This document shows positions 10,050 to 20,255 of a stretch of DNA of 51,704 bases, one piece after another; position 1 is the first letter of the stretch; each line of letters starts with the position of its first letter. A program made the translations under genes and the position numbers. The notes below the pieces were generated by a model, which ran no database searches, had not been told where the DNA came from, and saw only the letters and a program-made list of their open reading frames with translations. This stretch comes from Anaerovibrio lipolyticus (GTDB lineage: Bacteria > Bacillota > Negativicutes > Selenomonadales > Selenomonadaceae): assembly GCF_002372665.1 (NCBI RefSeq), contig NZ_DFHJ01000047.1, one strand, 5' to 3'.

Positions 10050-11021
10050 TTATTCCCCAAAAATCATGCGCTTTAGCCGTGCCAGTCGTTTACATTTTTT
10101 TGAAGGCCAGAGGGTGATTTCCTTTGCTTCTTTTGGGTTATCGCAAGTTTTGGCCTCTATCGCATCTGCAAAAACAGCAAATATATTATACTTGTCCAGT
10201 GTAAGATCTTTTGCCTTTTTGATTGCTGAATAATGATTTTCATACGGGTCATCTTCTATGAGCTTGCGAATAACCTGTATGGCTTCTTCAGGCTTCTCTA
10301 TATCAATTTGGGTCATAGCCTCTGACGGATAGTAATCCAATATATTACTGCATCCATAATATATTGGATAACTTTCTGCCAAATATGCATTCATCAATTT
10401 TTCGGAAAAGTAATTTTCTTCACGGGAATTTTCAATTACAATGTGGTATTTATACGGAGCAATAACATCCCATGTATCCTCGAATTCGTTAAAACCACGA
10501 CCAAATAAATCTACTTTATCCCCAAATTCTTCTTTTAATAATTTCACAAATTCTATCCGCTTACGATGCAACGGGGTAAGAGTCTTTTTAGAGCTTATTA
10601 CGGACAACAGCTTTGTCTTGGGAACACTCTCCATATTTTTCAGCTCGTCATAGTCTTTGTCCTGCTCTGGGAGCCAGCTGCCATTGACCATCTTTGCCCC
10701 CACACTCCAACGCAAACTGGAAAACTTACGCACACAGGGCACACCATAATCCCTATTTTGACTGCTTATTATATTGCTAAACTGTTGAATAAAAGGTTTG
10801 CGGAATTTACATGTGGAGGTTGGTTCCCCCCCCACATAATATGTATTTTCCGGTGGACATTTCGCTGTAACCTTCCTATCTATGCCATATAATACAAACC
10901 AGTAATCACAGTCATAGGTATCATCGTTGACAAAAAACTGGTAATCACCCCATATCCCCTTACGGCCTGGAGTCTGCTTTATAATATCTACATCGTCTGT
11001 ACTCACTTTTACTCTTACCAT
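10050..11021 (-). CDS. GT10 family (alpha-1,3/4-fucosyltransferase-like) glycosyltransferase
   Basis: YKYHIVIENS..NYFSEKL..PIYYG, the GT10 donor-binding signature. Confidence 0.8.
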   Translation of the reverse strand: MVRVKVSTDDVDIIKQTPGRKGIWGDYQFFVNDDTYDCDYWFVLYGIDRKVTAKCPPENTYYVGGEPTSTCKFRKPFIQQFSNIISSQNRDYGVPCVRKFSSLRWSVGAKMVNGSWLPEQDKDYDELKNMESVPKTKLLSVISSKKTLTPLHRKRIEFVKLLKEEFGDKVDLFGRGFNEFEDTWDVIAPYKYHIVIENSREENYFSEKLMNAYLAESYPIYYGCSNILDYYPSEAMTQIDIEKPEEAIQVIRKLIEDDPYENHYSAIKKAKDLTLDKYNIFAVFADAIEAKTCDNPKEAKEITLWPSKKCKRLARLKRMIFGE

Positions 11022-11044
11022 AAATAATCCTCCTGGCCTCTCAT

Positions 11045-12199
11045 TTAGACATTATCATATGTTTCATCTGCTAAAGATACAATATTTCTTGCCAGATTTT
11101 GTGGGGAATAATCATTATAAGCACGAGTTAACTCACTGGCATATTTCGACCTATTTTCACCATATCCATTAATAAACAGTTCCAATGTCCTACGCAAGTC
11201 TTCCATGTCATTGTTTTTAAATGCCCTACCAATATTGTATTCTTTCAATATCTCTGGATTAACATTATCAGCTGCAATAATCGGTTTTTGATATCCCATA
11301 GCATTACTAATCAATGCAGACGTATGGTATAAATACCGGTCATTGCCATAGGGAATAGCAACGGCATCTACACTGGCAATAGCCTTTTGCCAATCAATGC
11401 CAATTAACGGCTTATGTAGAAACTCCATACTTTCATGAGCCTTATACTTGTTGATAATCCGTTCAAAGTCTGCTGCATCCTCCGCTGTCTGGGTAGCACC
11501 TTGTATAAACAATTTCACTCTGCGTTTATATTCCCCGGACAAAAAAGCTTCCAGAAACGTCTCTAAATTTTTCTCTCTACGATACTGGCCAAAAAAACCG
11601 ATTGTAAGTATCTCATCATCTGCAGGAAAGTGTGGCACATACTCTATATCCCGCGGTATATAATTAGGGGGACCATACACGGATAAGTACTTTGCAGTTA
11701 AATGCAATTTATTCTTGGCGAAAGTCTGCACCCCTATACGGATATTAGGCCGATTATCAAATTTTTTCACCATCTCATTGAGTCTTTCTGCTTCATTTGG
11801 AGTTGCACCATGAATTAAAAATAACACCGGTACCATTGAATTTTGCAACGGATTATGCTGAAGGGCACGCAAATAACGATAGGTAGCAGATGGAAAAATA
11901 ATGGCATCAAATGCACCTTGTTTTGCGTATTCATACATGGCTTTATACCACTTTTGCCGATGCCATTCTCTTTTAGCCGACAAAAGAATTTTTTTTACCC
12001 CATGAGCACCACGATAAGAAACACCAGTGCCTGAGATATGATGTACAGGCACCCCATAATGCCATTTGAACTCATGTCCTTCCGGAACATAAAACTCAAC
12101 AGTATGCCCCAAAGCTGACAATTCCTCTACCAAAATGCGGTCAAAATCTATTTCATGTCCCCCTGGGGTTACCACACTCTCCATTATTGCAAAGCGCAT
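11045..12199 (-). CDS. GT-B (GT4-like) glycosyltransferase
   Basis: N-terminal GGH, FFGQYRREKN and AMGYQKPIIA. Confidence 0.75.
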   Translation of the reverse strand: MRFAIMESVVTPGGHEIDFDRILVEELSALGHTVEFYVPEGHEFKWHYGVPVHHISGTGVSYRGAHGVKKILLSAKREWHRQKWYKAMYEYAKQGAFDAIIFPSATYRYLRALQHNPLQNSMVPVLFLIHGATPNEAERLNEMVKKFDNRPNIRIGVQTFAKNKLHLTAKYLSVYGPPNYIPRDIEYVPHFPADDEILTIGFFGQYRREKNLETFLEAFLSGEYKRRVKLFIQGATQTAEDAADFERIINKYKAHESMEFLHKPLIGIDWQKAIASVDAVAIPYGNDRYLYHTSALISNAMGYQKPIIAADNVNPEILKEYNIGRAFKNNDMEDLRRTLELFINGYGENRSKYASELTRAYNDYSPQNLARNIVSLADETYDNV

Positions 12200-12202
12200 A
12201 TC

Positions 12203-12961
12203 CTACTTTTCCTCCCATTGCTTATAATAAAGCTTAACATATTTTATCATAGTGTAAAAATAATGATTCAAAGCAAAAATCAATCCCTGTTTGCCATCTA
12301 ACAGTCCCAACCGCAGAATATAGAAGCGGAAAAACGCAAATATTGGATGAAATAAAATATCGGCAAAGGATGCGCGTTTCCCTTGTGTATGCATAAGATC
12401 CGCCATAAGAGTGGTGTATTGATTAAACTTTTCAAAATACCGACCCCAATCATTATATGTGTGATGGTGCATTACACCAGCCAAATCATGGTATGGAAGA
12501 GAAGTTTCAACATGCTCGTGTACTTTTCCAATCCAGTGTATTGAATCACGAGGATATAACCGGGAACTCCAGTCCGGGGCATGGGCACCATATTTCATCA
12601 TCTGACCAAATAACACATTAATCCTTTTTATTCTGTAGGCAGCTTTCTTATCAGAGTGTGCTATTGCCTTAATTTCTTCTCCTGCTTCCTGAGTCAGCCT
12701 CTCATCTGCATCAAGGTAGAACACCCACTTGGCATTTGTCTGTGTTAAAGCAAAATTACGTTGCCCAGCAAAGCCCTCATCCCCCATAGGATGTACCACA
12801 AATCTAGCTCCCAAGGCTTCAGCTTTAGCCTGTGTATTATCAGTGCTTCCTGAATCTATTACTATTATTTCATCTGCAAACATTGCACTTTTTATACAAT
12901 CTTCAATATTCGCTTCTTCATTTTTTGTCAAAATAATAACTGCCAAATCTGACATTATCAA
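12203..12961 (-). CDS. GT2 LPS core glycosyltransferase (KdtX/WaaE-like)
   Basis: TKNEE, DSGSTD, QRNFAL, LDADE, VHE and LDGKQG motifs. Confidence 0.88.
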   Translation of the reverse strand: MIMSDLAVIILTKNEEANIEDCIKSAMFADEIIVIDSGSTDNTQAKAEALGARFVVHPMGDEGFAGQRNFALTQTNAKWVFYLDADERLTQEAGEEIKAIAHSDKKAAYRIKRINVLFGQMMKYGAHAPDWSSRLYPRDSIHWIGKVHEHVETSLPYHDLAGVMHHHTYNDWGRYFEKFNQYTTLMADLMHTQGKRASFADILFHPIFAFFRFYILRLGLLDGKQGLIFALNHYFYTMIKYVKLYYKQWEEK

Positions 12962-12981
12962 TACATCCTTCTCAACAAAAT

Positions 12982-13479
12982 CTATTTCATGCCTTTAACA
13001 AGGGCCTGATACAAATTGCCGCCCAGATAGCGAATTCCCTTTACACCAGCAGCCTCAGCACATTCCACATCTCTGGCTCCATCGCCTATAAGATATGAGG
13101 CACTCAAATCAATATCATGTTCTTTCTGGGCCTTAAAAAGCATCCCTGGAAGAGGTTTTCGGCAATCGCACTCTATAGCGTACTCCTTAACCATCCCTGT
13201 TGGGTGGTGGGGACAATAATATATGCCGTCAAGATGGGCTCCATGCTTTGCCAAATCATCGTTCATCCAATCATAGAGCTTCATGATGTCACTTTCAGGG
13301 TAATAGCCTCTGGCAACTCCGCTCTGATTAGTAATGACAATGGCCAAATAACCATTGTCATTACAATACTTTATGGCGTCTATAGCGCCCTCTATCCACT
13401 TAAAGTCTTCGATTTTGTGAAGGTAATGGACCTCTTCGTTTAGGGTACCATCACGGTCAAAAAAAACTGCCTTTTTCAT
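12982..13479 (-). CDS. gmhB: D-glycero-D-manno-heptose 1,7-bisphosphate phosphatase
   Basis: DRDGTLN, TNQSGVARG, CPHHP..CDCRKP and IGD motifs. Confidence 0.93.
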   Translation of the reverse strand: MKKAVFFDRDGTLNEEVHYLHKIEDFKWIEGAIDAIKYCNDNGYLAIVITNQSGVARGYYPESDIMKLYDWMNDDLAKHGAHLDGIYYCPHHPTGMVKEYAIECDCRKPLPGMLFKAQKEHDIDLSASYLIGDGARDVECAEAAGVKGIRYLGGNLYQALVKGMK

Positions 13480-13487
13480 AAAAATAC

Positions 13488-14489
13488 CTATTTGCCGTAT
13501 TTAAAGTAGCCACCGGCATCAAGGAAGTCACAATATTCCTTTACGGCCTCATACATATCATAGAAGCCCTGATCGTAGCCAGCCTCCAAAAGTTTGGTGG
13601 TATCAGACTCAGTATAGTTTTGATACTTGCCCTTTAATACCTCCGGGAAATCACGGTACTCAATTTTACCAGTGCCCAGTGCCTTGATTACGCTGTCAGC
13701 CACCTCATTGTAGGTATGGGCCTTGCCGGTACCACAGTTATAGATTCCGCTTGGTCCCTTATGCTGCCAGAACCAAAGATTTACCTTTACCACGTCCTTG
13801 ACGTAGATGAAGTCACGCTTCTGACCGCCATTTGGTACATCGGTACCATCACTGAACGTGCCCCAGCCTTCAAAAAGACGGCATACTCCATCATTTTTCA
13901 CCTGATGATACAGCTGATAGAAAATGGAGGCCATATTTCCCTTATGATGCTCCTGAGGACCGTATACATTAAAATACTTCAAGCCCACAATCTGACTCTG
14001 GGTATCTGACATCACCTGACGCACATAACGGTCAAACAACAGCTTGGAATAGGCATAAGGATTCAGAGCATCCTCACACTCGTCTCCCTCACGGAAGCCA
14101 TTTTCTCCTGCACCATAAGTGGACGCAGAGGAGGCATAAAGAAATGGTATCCGATGCTCCATGCAGAAGTGAAGCACTGCCTTGGAATACTCGTAGTTGG
14201 CCTTCATCATGTAGTTTACGTCATACTCCATGGTATCGGAGCATGCCCCCTCATGGAACACTACATCCACATCAACACCATCAAAGTCCTTATTTTGAAT
14301 GGCAGTGAGGAAGTCATCCTTGTGCATATAATCGATGAACTGCAAGCCACGAAGATTCCGATAAGACTGACTCTGTTCCTTGCGGTTATTTAAATCGTCA
14401 ACGATGAGTATGTCACTGCGTCCCTGACGGTTAAGCTCTTTTACAATATTGCTGCCGATAAAGCCGGCACCACCGGTTACAATAATCAT
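13488..14489 (-). CDS. hldD: ADP-L-glycero-D-manno-heptose 6-epimerase
   Basis: MIIVTGGAGFIGSN, HEGACSDT, YASSA, YAYSK, YFNVYGP and GKYQ motifs. Confidence 0.95.
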   Translation of the reverse strand: MIIVTGGAGFIGSNIVKELNRQGRSDILIVDDLNNRKEQSQSYRNLRGLQFIDYMHKDDFLTAIQNKDFDGVDVDVVFHEGACSDTMEYDVNYMMKANYEYSKAVLHFCMEHRIPFLYASSASTYGAGENGFREGDECEDALNPYAYSKLLFDRYVRQVMSDTQSQIVGLKYFNVYGPQEHHKGNMASIFYQLYHQVKNDGVCRLFEGWGTFSDGTDVPNGGQKRDFIYVKDVVKVNLWFWQHKGPSGIYNCGTGKAHTYNEVADSVIKALGTGKIEYRDFPEVLKGKYQNYTESDTTKLLEAGYDQGFYDMYEAVKEYCDFLDAGGYFKYGK

Positions 14490-14492
14490 TTA

Positions 14493-15500
14493 TTATTTAT
14501 CCTCCTCAGAATTAGAATTCTGCATCAGTACATTTTCCAGCTCATCCTTGCTTACGGCATAAGTGCCCAGCTTGCCTACAACTACACTGGCTGCCAGATT
14601 AGCAAGGTATGCGGCTTCACGAGGAATCAGGCCTCCTGCGATACCCAATGCAAATACGGCTATAACAGTATCACCGGCACCGGAAACATCAAAAACTTCC
14701 TGAGATTTTGTAGGAATATGAACTGTCTCCGTTGGTGATACCATGGACATACCGCACTCAGAACGGGTAGCCAGCACATTCTTAATCTTGAACTTACTCA
14801 TGATATATGTAGCTGCCTGCTGAATGGCCTCATCACGATTCTTAATAGGCTTTTCCAGAATCTCGTTGATTTCCTTAACATTTGGGGTAATATAATCAGC
14901 ATTTGTATATTTGGTCCAAGCACGCCCCTTAGGGTCGACAAGCACTGGTACATTTGCATTATTGCACATTTCAATAACACTTTCACAAACCTCATCGGTG
15001 CAAGCCCCCTTGCCGTAATCGGAGAGAATAACTGCATCCAAATCATCCAGTGACTGCTCCACGAAATTCAAAAGGCGGTTTGCATACAGAGGCTTTACTG
15101 GTTCCGTGTCCTCAAAATCCAGACGAAGCATCTGCTGATGGCCGCCTATAACACGTAGCTTTGTAGTGGTAGGCTCCTCACGGTAAATTATTCCTTTATA
15201 GTCTATGCCACGGGAAATAAACTTATCCACCAAGGTCTGGCAATGGTAATCATCACCCACAAAACCAGCAATAGATGTTTTACAACCAAGAAGGGCCAAG
15301 TTATGGGCTACGTTGGCAGCACCACCCATGGTGTCCTTGGTGTCAACCACACGGGTAATTGGCACAGGGGCCTCCGGTGATATTCTGGTTACTTCTCCAT
15401 AGTAATACTTATCCAGCATTACATCACCTACCACAAGAATATGCACCTTGGACATGCCTGAGGTGACAAACTCCTTTAATCTATCCTTGTTTGTGGTCAT
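14493..15500 (-). CDS. rfaE1: D-beta-D-heptose 7-phosphate kinase (RfaE domain I)
   Basis: GDVMLDKY, RISPEAPVP, GGAANVA, SDYGKG, TPN and DVSGAGDT motifs. Confidence 0.92.
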   Translation of the reverse strand: MTTNKDRLKEFVTSGMSKVHILVVGDVMLDKYYYGEVTRISPEAPVPITRVVDTKDTMGGAANVAHNLALLGCKTSIAGFVGDDYHCQTLVDKFISRGIDYKGIIYREEPTTTKLRVIGGHQQMLRLDFEDTEPVKPLYANRLLNFVEQSLDDLDAVILSDYGKGACTDEVCESVIEMCNNANVPVLVDPKGRAWTKYTNADYITPNVKEINEILEKPIKNRDEAIQQAATYIMSKFKIKNVLATRSECGMSMVSPTETVHIPTKSQEVFDVSGAGDTVIAVFALGIAGGLIPREAAYLANLAASVVVGKLGTYAVSKDELENVLMQNSNSEEDK

Positions 15501-15515
15501 GATACTACTTCCTCC

Positions 15516-16697
15516 TTACTCCGCTTTTGTTACTTCTACGACACGGCAATGATATGCACCATATTCTCTTGGCATATTTCCCGCCTTATCTTCGTATTTT
15601 TCCAGCAGCTCCCATACGTATTTCATAACGGTTTCTACTGTAATATTCTTCATACATGCCAAATTCCTATCCCCATCATGTGGGCACTGATGAATTCCAC
15701 ATGGATGGCATGGCTCAGGACTCTTTATGAGCACATCCTTGGCATCATAGGGATAAAATCCCGGCACCGGAGAGGCACCAAACATGGTAACCACTGGTAC
15801 ACTTTGGGAAACTCCCACATGCATTGGTCCAGAGTCTGTGGTGAGCATAAGGGCACATCTTTTCAGCATGGCCGCCAGCTCTGCCAAAGACAGCTTTCCC
15901 GTAAATACCTTTATGAGTTCGCTGTTCTTATTTTTCATCCGGGAAATGCACTTATTGACAATTTCTGTGTCCATTGGACCGCCAAAGAACGCCACCCCGT
16001 AGCCCTTATCCAAAAGCTGGTCCGCACACTGGGCAAAATAGCTGTCTATCCATCGCTTGGTTATCCAGCTGGCACCTATATTAAAGGCCACCACCTTGGT
16101 AACCTTTGGAAAGCTGTCCTGCCAAATTTTATCAGCAGAGGCGATATCCTTTTCACTCACCCACATTTCCAAGCCACCATCGTCGATTTTCTCTATATTA
16201 AGTGCTTCCTTTAAAACATTAAGATGGGCATGAACCTGATGCTCCCAGCCTGGTACATACTTATAGGGTGGAAGCAAATGAAATGGTCCCCAGCCAATAT
16301 GATGAGCCACTGAAGGATTGTTCATTACCTTTGTAAACCACAGAGAAAATATGGGCTTGCTGTAGCCCACAATGGTCTTGGCCCCACTAAAGGCCGCCAA
16401 GGCTGACGCCCTTTCATTGCGGTGGAGATTTATTACCAGATCATATTTTTTTTGACGAACCTTTTTAATGAATTTTATAAAGGCTGGCAATGCATTATCT
16501 GCACCCTTTTTATCTATCAATAAGCACTCATCAATCCATTTATTGCGCACCACCAGATCTGCCAGCTTCTTATCCGCCAGCAGGGTTATTCTGGAATTAG
16601 GATAATTGGCTCTCAGGGTTCTAAGTACTGGAGTTACCAGCATTAAATCCCCAATATGCATAAGATTAATGACCAGAATATTGTTGTATTTTTTCAT
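15516..16697 (-). CDS. Glycosyltransferase family 9 (heptosyltransferase)
   Basis: HIGD, KRW and TDSGPMH motifs; C-terminal CxPC cluster. Confidence 0.9.
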   Translation of the reverse strand: MKKYNNILVINLMHIGDLMLVTPVLRTLRANYPNSRITLLADKKLADLVVRNKWIDECLLIDKKGADNALPAFIKFIKKVRQKKYDLVINLHRNERASALAAFSGAKTIVGYSKPIFSLWFTKVMNNPSVAHHIGWGPFHLLPPYKYVPGWEHQVHAHLNVLKEALNIEKIDDGGLEMWVSEKDIASADKIWQDSFPKVTKVVAFNIGASWITKRWIDSYFAQCADQLLDKGYGVAFFGGPMDTEIVNKCISRMKNKNSELIKVFTGKLSLAELAAMLKRCALMLTTDSGPMHVGVSQSVPVVTMFGASPVPGFYPYDAKDVLIKSPEPCHPCGIHQCPHDGDRNLACMKNITVETVMKYVWELLEKYEDKAGNMPREYGAYHCRVVEVTKAE

Positions 16698-17706
16698 ATA
16701 AGTCCTTTGCCTTAATTTTTTTTATGCAAACATTATCCTTACACTCACCCTTTCCCCAACACGGAGAACACTGCTCCCGAGTGTAAATATAACAACTATT
16801 TTCATTTCTTGGTCCCCATACTGTAGGATCCGTTGGGCCAAAAACAGCAATTGTAGGGCAATCAACCGCCTGAGCTATATGCATAGGACCAGTATCCACT
16901 GTAGCCATCCCAGCAGCATTTTTTATAAATACTGCTAGCTCCTGTAAATTCAATGTGCCAGCAAAAACGTGAGCCTCAGATAACTGTCCAGCCTGGGCAT
17001 AACCCATAAGCTCAATTTTCTCCTTAGTACCTCCAATAAGATACACAGGATAGGTGTTTTTAATGTCCCTAATAAGCTGAACCGCCATGGAGATTGGCAT
17101 ATTTTTTCGCTCATAGCTTCCCATGGGACATACTACATAATACTTGTCCTTTTCAATATCATATTGTTTATACTTCGCTTCCATAGAAGAAATTGCCTCA
17201 GCAGGAGGCTCCAATTTTAACGAGGTATCTTCTGTTGAAAACCCAAAGGGCTCCAGTACTTCCAAATGATTTTCTGTTTCATGCTTAATTCCCTTTCGTA
17301 TATGACTGGCTGTCCAAGTAAGGAAAAAGCTGGCATGCTGGGCGTCATACCCCAAACGATATGGTATCCGTGCCATCCAGGCAACCACAGCTCCCCGGAC
17401 TGCAAAGTTCATGCACACAGCTAAGTCGAATTTATATTGCTTCAGTTCCTTGGCCATTTGCCACATACCTGATAATCCCCTGTGGGTTCCCCGCTTATCA
17501 TAAATAAGAGTATTGTCAACATAGGGGTTCATCTGGGCAACAGGCTGTGTAAATGGTACTGTCAGCATGGTGACTTCCGCCTCAGGCCATTTGGTCTTTA
17601 AAGCCCTGGTAACCGGTGTAGCCAATATAACATCACCGATAAAAGCCAAATCGATTATTAAGATTTTTTTTATATTTAAACTGTTTATATCCATAAACTC
17701 TCTCAT
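16666..17706 (-). CDS. Glycosyltransferase family 9 (WaaF-like heptosyltransferase)
   Basis: FIGDVILATP, DTGPMHIA and FGPT..WGP motifs. Confidence 0.9.
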   Translation of the reverse strand: MREFMDINSLNIKKILIIDLAFIGDVILATPVTRALKTKWPEAEVTMLTVPFTQPVAQMNPYVDNTLIYDKRGTHRGLSGMWQMAKELKQYKFDLAVCMNFAVRGAVVAWMARIPYRLGYDAQHASFFLTWTASHIRKGIKHETENHLEVLEPFGFSTEDTSLKLEPPAEAISSMEAKYKQYDIEKDKYYVVCPMGSYERKNMPISMAVQLIRDIKNTYPVYLIGGTKEKIELMGYAQAGQLSEAHVFAGTLNLQELAVFIKNAAGMATVDTGPMHIAQAVDCPTIAVFGPTDPTVWGPRNENSCYIYTREQCSPCWGKGECKDNVCIKKIKAKDLYEKIQQYSGH

Positions 17707-17709
17707 AGA

Positions 17710-18744
17710 TCAGTTATTAAGCAAAAGAGGCTTCAGCTTCTTTTCCACCTCATTAGGATGAATCACTGACAGGCACTCCAATCCCTTTGGGCAAGCCCTT
17801 TTCCAGCAATATTTGCATGGTCGGTTGGCCTCAATGGCATTTTCCAGCTGTCCGTAAGGACCATTGCGGTTTGCATCAGTAGGTCCCATCACCATTACCG
17901 TTGGCTTTCCAAGTCCTGCGGACAGATGAACCGGTCCAGTATCGCCACCAACTACAGCTTGAGACTGTTGAATAATATAGGCAAGCTGCTTTAACGAGGT
18001 TTTACCCACTAAATTAATCGGTGGAATTTCTGCCGCAGCTTCAATATCTGCCACCAATGTGCTGTCCAAAACACCACCACCGATAATAACTGGAATAAAT
18101 TTCATACCATAAAGCCAGTCAGACAGCTGGGCATAGTATCTGGTGGGCCAACGCTTATTGGGCCAGTTGGCACCCACAGCCAGCACCACATAGGGATTCT
18201 CCATACGGGCTCCCGCCTGCTGCATAGCCCCTTCAGCCCCTATACGGTCACGCTCTGAAATTTCCATGGGAAATACCACATTTTCCACTTTACATCCCAA
18301 AGCTCTGGCCACGTCCAGATAACGCTCCACAATGTGGCCATTGGAATTAGGACCAACTACCGGGCGACTTATTTTGTGGGACATTTCCCGCATGTTGCAG
18401 GTACCAAGGCGAAGACGGGCCTTAGCGTTCCACACGATTGCTGCAGATTTAAACAGCCCCTGCAAATCCAGGGAAGCATCATAACGATCTGCCCTGATTA
18501 TCTTTGAAAAAGGTCCATAATTTTTTAAAAAGCCCTTAAAGGACTTAAATTTCTTCTTTTCAAAAACAATAATCTTATCTATATATGGATTGTCCTTTAA
18601 CAAGTCGTAAGCCGGTGGTTCCACTACCCAGGTAATTTTCGCATCCGGATAGGTCTCCTTAATGGCATACGACACCGGCAGGGCGTGAATCACATCACCA
18701 ATGGCACTAAGCTTTACTACAAGAACACTTTTTATATTAGCCAT
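17710..18744 (-). CDS. waaC: Lipopolysaccharide heptosyltransferase I
   Basis: VKLSAIGDVIHALP, DLQGLFKSA and DTGPVHL. Likely start is ATG 18744, overlapping the rfaE2 stop. Confidence 0.82.
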   Translation of the reverse strand: MANIKSVLVVKLSAIGDVIHALPVSYAIKETYPDAKITWVVEPPAYDLLKDNPYIDKIIVFEKKKFKSFKGFLKNYGPFSKIIRADRYDASLDLQGLFKSAAIVWNAKARLRLGTCNMREMSHKISRPVVGPNSNGHIVERYLDVARALGCKVENVVFPMEISERDRIGAEGAMQQAGARMENPYVVLAVGANWPNKRWPTRYYAQLSDWLYGMKFIPVIIGGGVLDSTLVADIEAAAEIPPINLVGKTSLKQLAYIIQQSQAVVGGDTGPVHLSAGLGKPTVMVMGPTDANRNGPYGQLENAIEANRPCKYCWKRACPKGLECLSVIHPNEVEKKLKPLLLNN

Positions 18745-19213
18745 TGCTGTCACCTGCCTGAATTTTATTGATGATATTGGTGGTGGAACGGCCCTCAACA
18801 AGAGTTACCAGCTCCACTTCTCCGCCGTAGGACTTAACGATTTGCCCCTCTGGCAATGTCTCCAAGGTATAATCTCCACCCTTTACATAAACATCTGGAT
18901 GGACCTTGGTAATAAGTGACTCAGCTGTAGGCTCGTCGAAAATTACTACATAATCCACGCACCCCAAGGCATCTGCCACCTCTGCCCTGTCCTCCTGACA
19001 ATTAATAGGCCGGGCAGGCCCCTTAATGCGCCTTACGGAGGCATCACTGTTAAGGCCCAGCACCAGACAGTCCCCAAAGGAGCGGGCTTTTTTTAAATAT
19101 CTCACATGGCCTGCATGAAGAATATCGAAACAGCCATTGGTAAATACCACCTTCTGTCCGCCCTCCCGCAGGACCTTACAAAATTCTGCTATTTTTGAAC
19201 CATCTATAAGCAT
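18737..19213 (-). CDS. rfaE2: D-beta-D-heptose 1-phosphate adenylyltransferase (RfaE domain II)
   Basis: FTNGCFDILHAGH, GLNSDASV, KGGDY and STT motifs. Confidence 0.95.
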   Translation of the reverse strand: MLIDGSKIAEFCKVLREGGQKVVFTNGCFDILHAGHVRYLKKARSFGDCLVLGLNSDASVRRIKGPARPINCQEDRAEVADALGCVDYVVIFDEPTAESLITKVHPDVYVKGGDYTLETLPEGQIVKSYGGEVELVTLVEGRSTTNIINKIQAGDSNG

Positions 19214-19243
19214 AATAAATACCTTAAAACAAGGGAGTATCCC

Positions 19244-20242
19244 TCACATATGTTTAGTAATATAATCTCTAAGCTCTTTGGCACTTACGGTGGAAGTACC
19301 CATTTTTCTTACGGCAATTCCGGAGGCAATATTTGACAAGGTTGCTGCCGTTAATGGCTCCACTCCAGCTGCCAAGGCCAATATAACTGTAGCTACACAG
19401 GTATCACCGGCACCAGAAACATCAAAAACCTCGCTCTTATCGGAAACCGGGATGTTTTCCACACTGCCGTCAGCCATAAACAAGGTCATGCCCTGTTCAC
19501 CGCGGGTAATAAGGGCTCCCTTGGCTTCCATTTTATCCAAGAGCTCCTTGCCGGCAGCTATAAGCTCCTCCTCATTATTCAGAGTGCGCCCCACGGCGTT
19601 AGCCAGCTCCGCATCATTTTGCTTAATATAATCCACTGTTTTAAAGCGGAAAATATCATAGCGGGAATCCACAATGGTAGGGATATCATTCTGATGACAA
19701 TAGTCAAAAATCTGATTTTTCAACTTTTCTGTAATGGTACCACTGCCATAATCGCTGAGGACTACTCCCTTAACCTTTGGCAGAACCTCTGCCAAATACT
19801 GTGACATAGCAGCCTCGTGCTCTGAGGACATGGGTTCCTTGGTTTCCTTATCAATACGCACAATCTGCTGACTCACGGTAGTTCGGCCCCCGGCAATAAC
19901 CCTGGTTTTGGAAATGGTATCACGGTTGGCATCCTTTATAAAGCCTGCCACATCCACCCCACGGCCCGTAAGTATTTCTGTAAGGCCCTTGGCACCGTTG
20001 TCATCACCTAAAAGGCCTGCGGCGTGAACATTACCACCAAGGGTTGCCGCATTGTTTACCACATTGGCCGCACCTCCGGCCACCACCTTTTCGGCAGCCT
20101 GCTCCAACACCAATACAGGTGCTTCCCGTGAAATGCGGGAAATGGTGCCCTCAAGGTAGATATCAGCTATCATATCGCCAATTACCAAGACCTCTGAGCC
20201 CTGGATTTTATCTATAACATTCAATAATAAAGATTTATCCAT
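19244..20242 (-). CDS. Second RfaE-I-like PfkB sugar-phosphate kinase
   Basis: RISREAPV, GGAANV, SDYG and DVSGAGDT; KQND replaces TPN. Confidence 0.85.
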   Translation of the reverse strand: MDKSLLLNVIDKIQGSEVLVIGDMIADIYLEGTISRISREAPVLVLEQAAEKVVAGGAANVVNNAATLGGNVHAAGLLGDDNGAKGLTEILTGRGVDVAGFIKDANRDTISKTRVIAGGRTTVSQQIVRIDKETKEPMSSEHEAAMSQYLAEVLPKVKGVVLSDYGSGTITEKLKNQIFDYCHQNDIPTIVDSRYDIFRFKTVDYIKQNDAELANAVGRTLNNEEELIAAGKELLDKMEAKGALITRGEQGMTLFMADGSVENIPVSDKSEVFDVSGAGDTCVATVILALAAGVEPLTAATLSNIASGIAVRKMGTSTVSAKELRDYITKHM

Positions 20243-20255
20243 AATGGCTCCTTAA

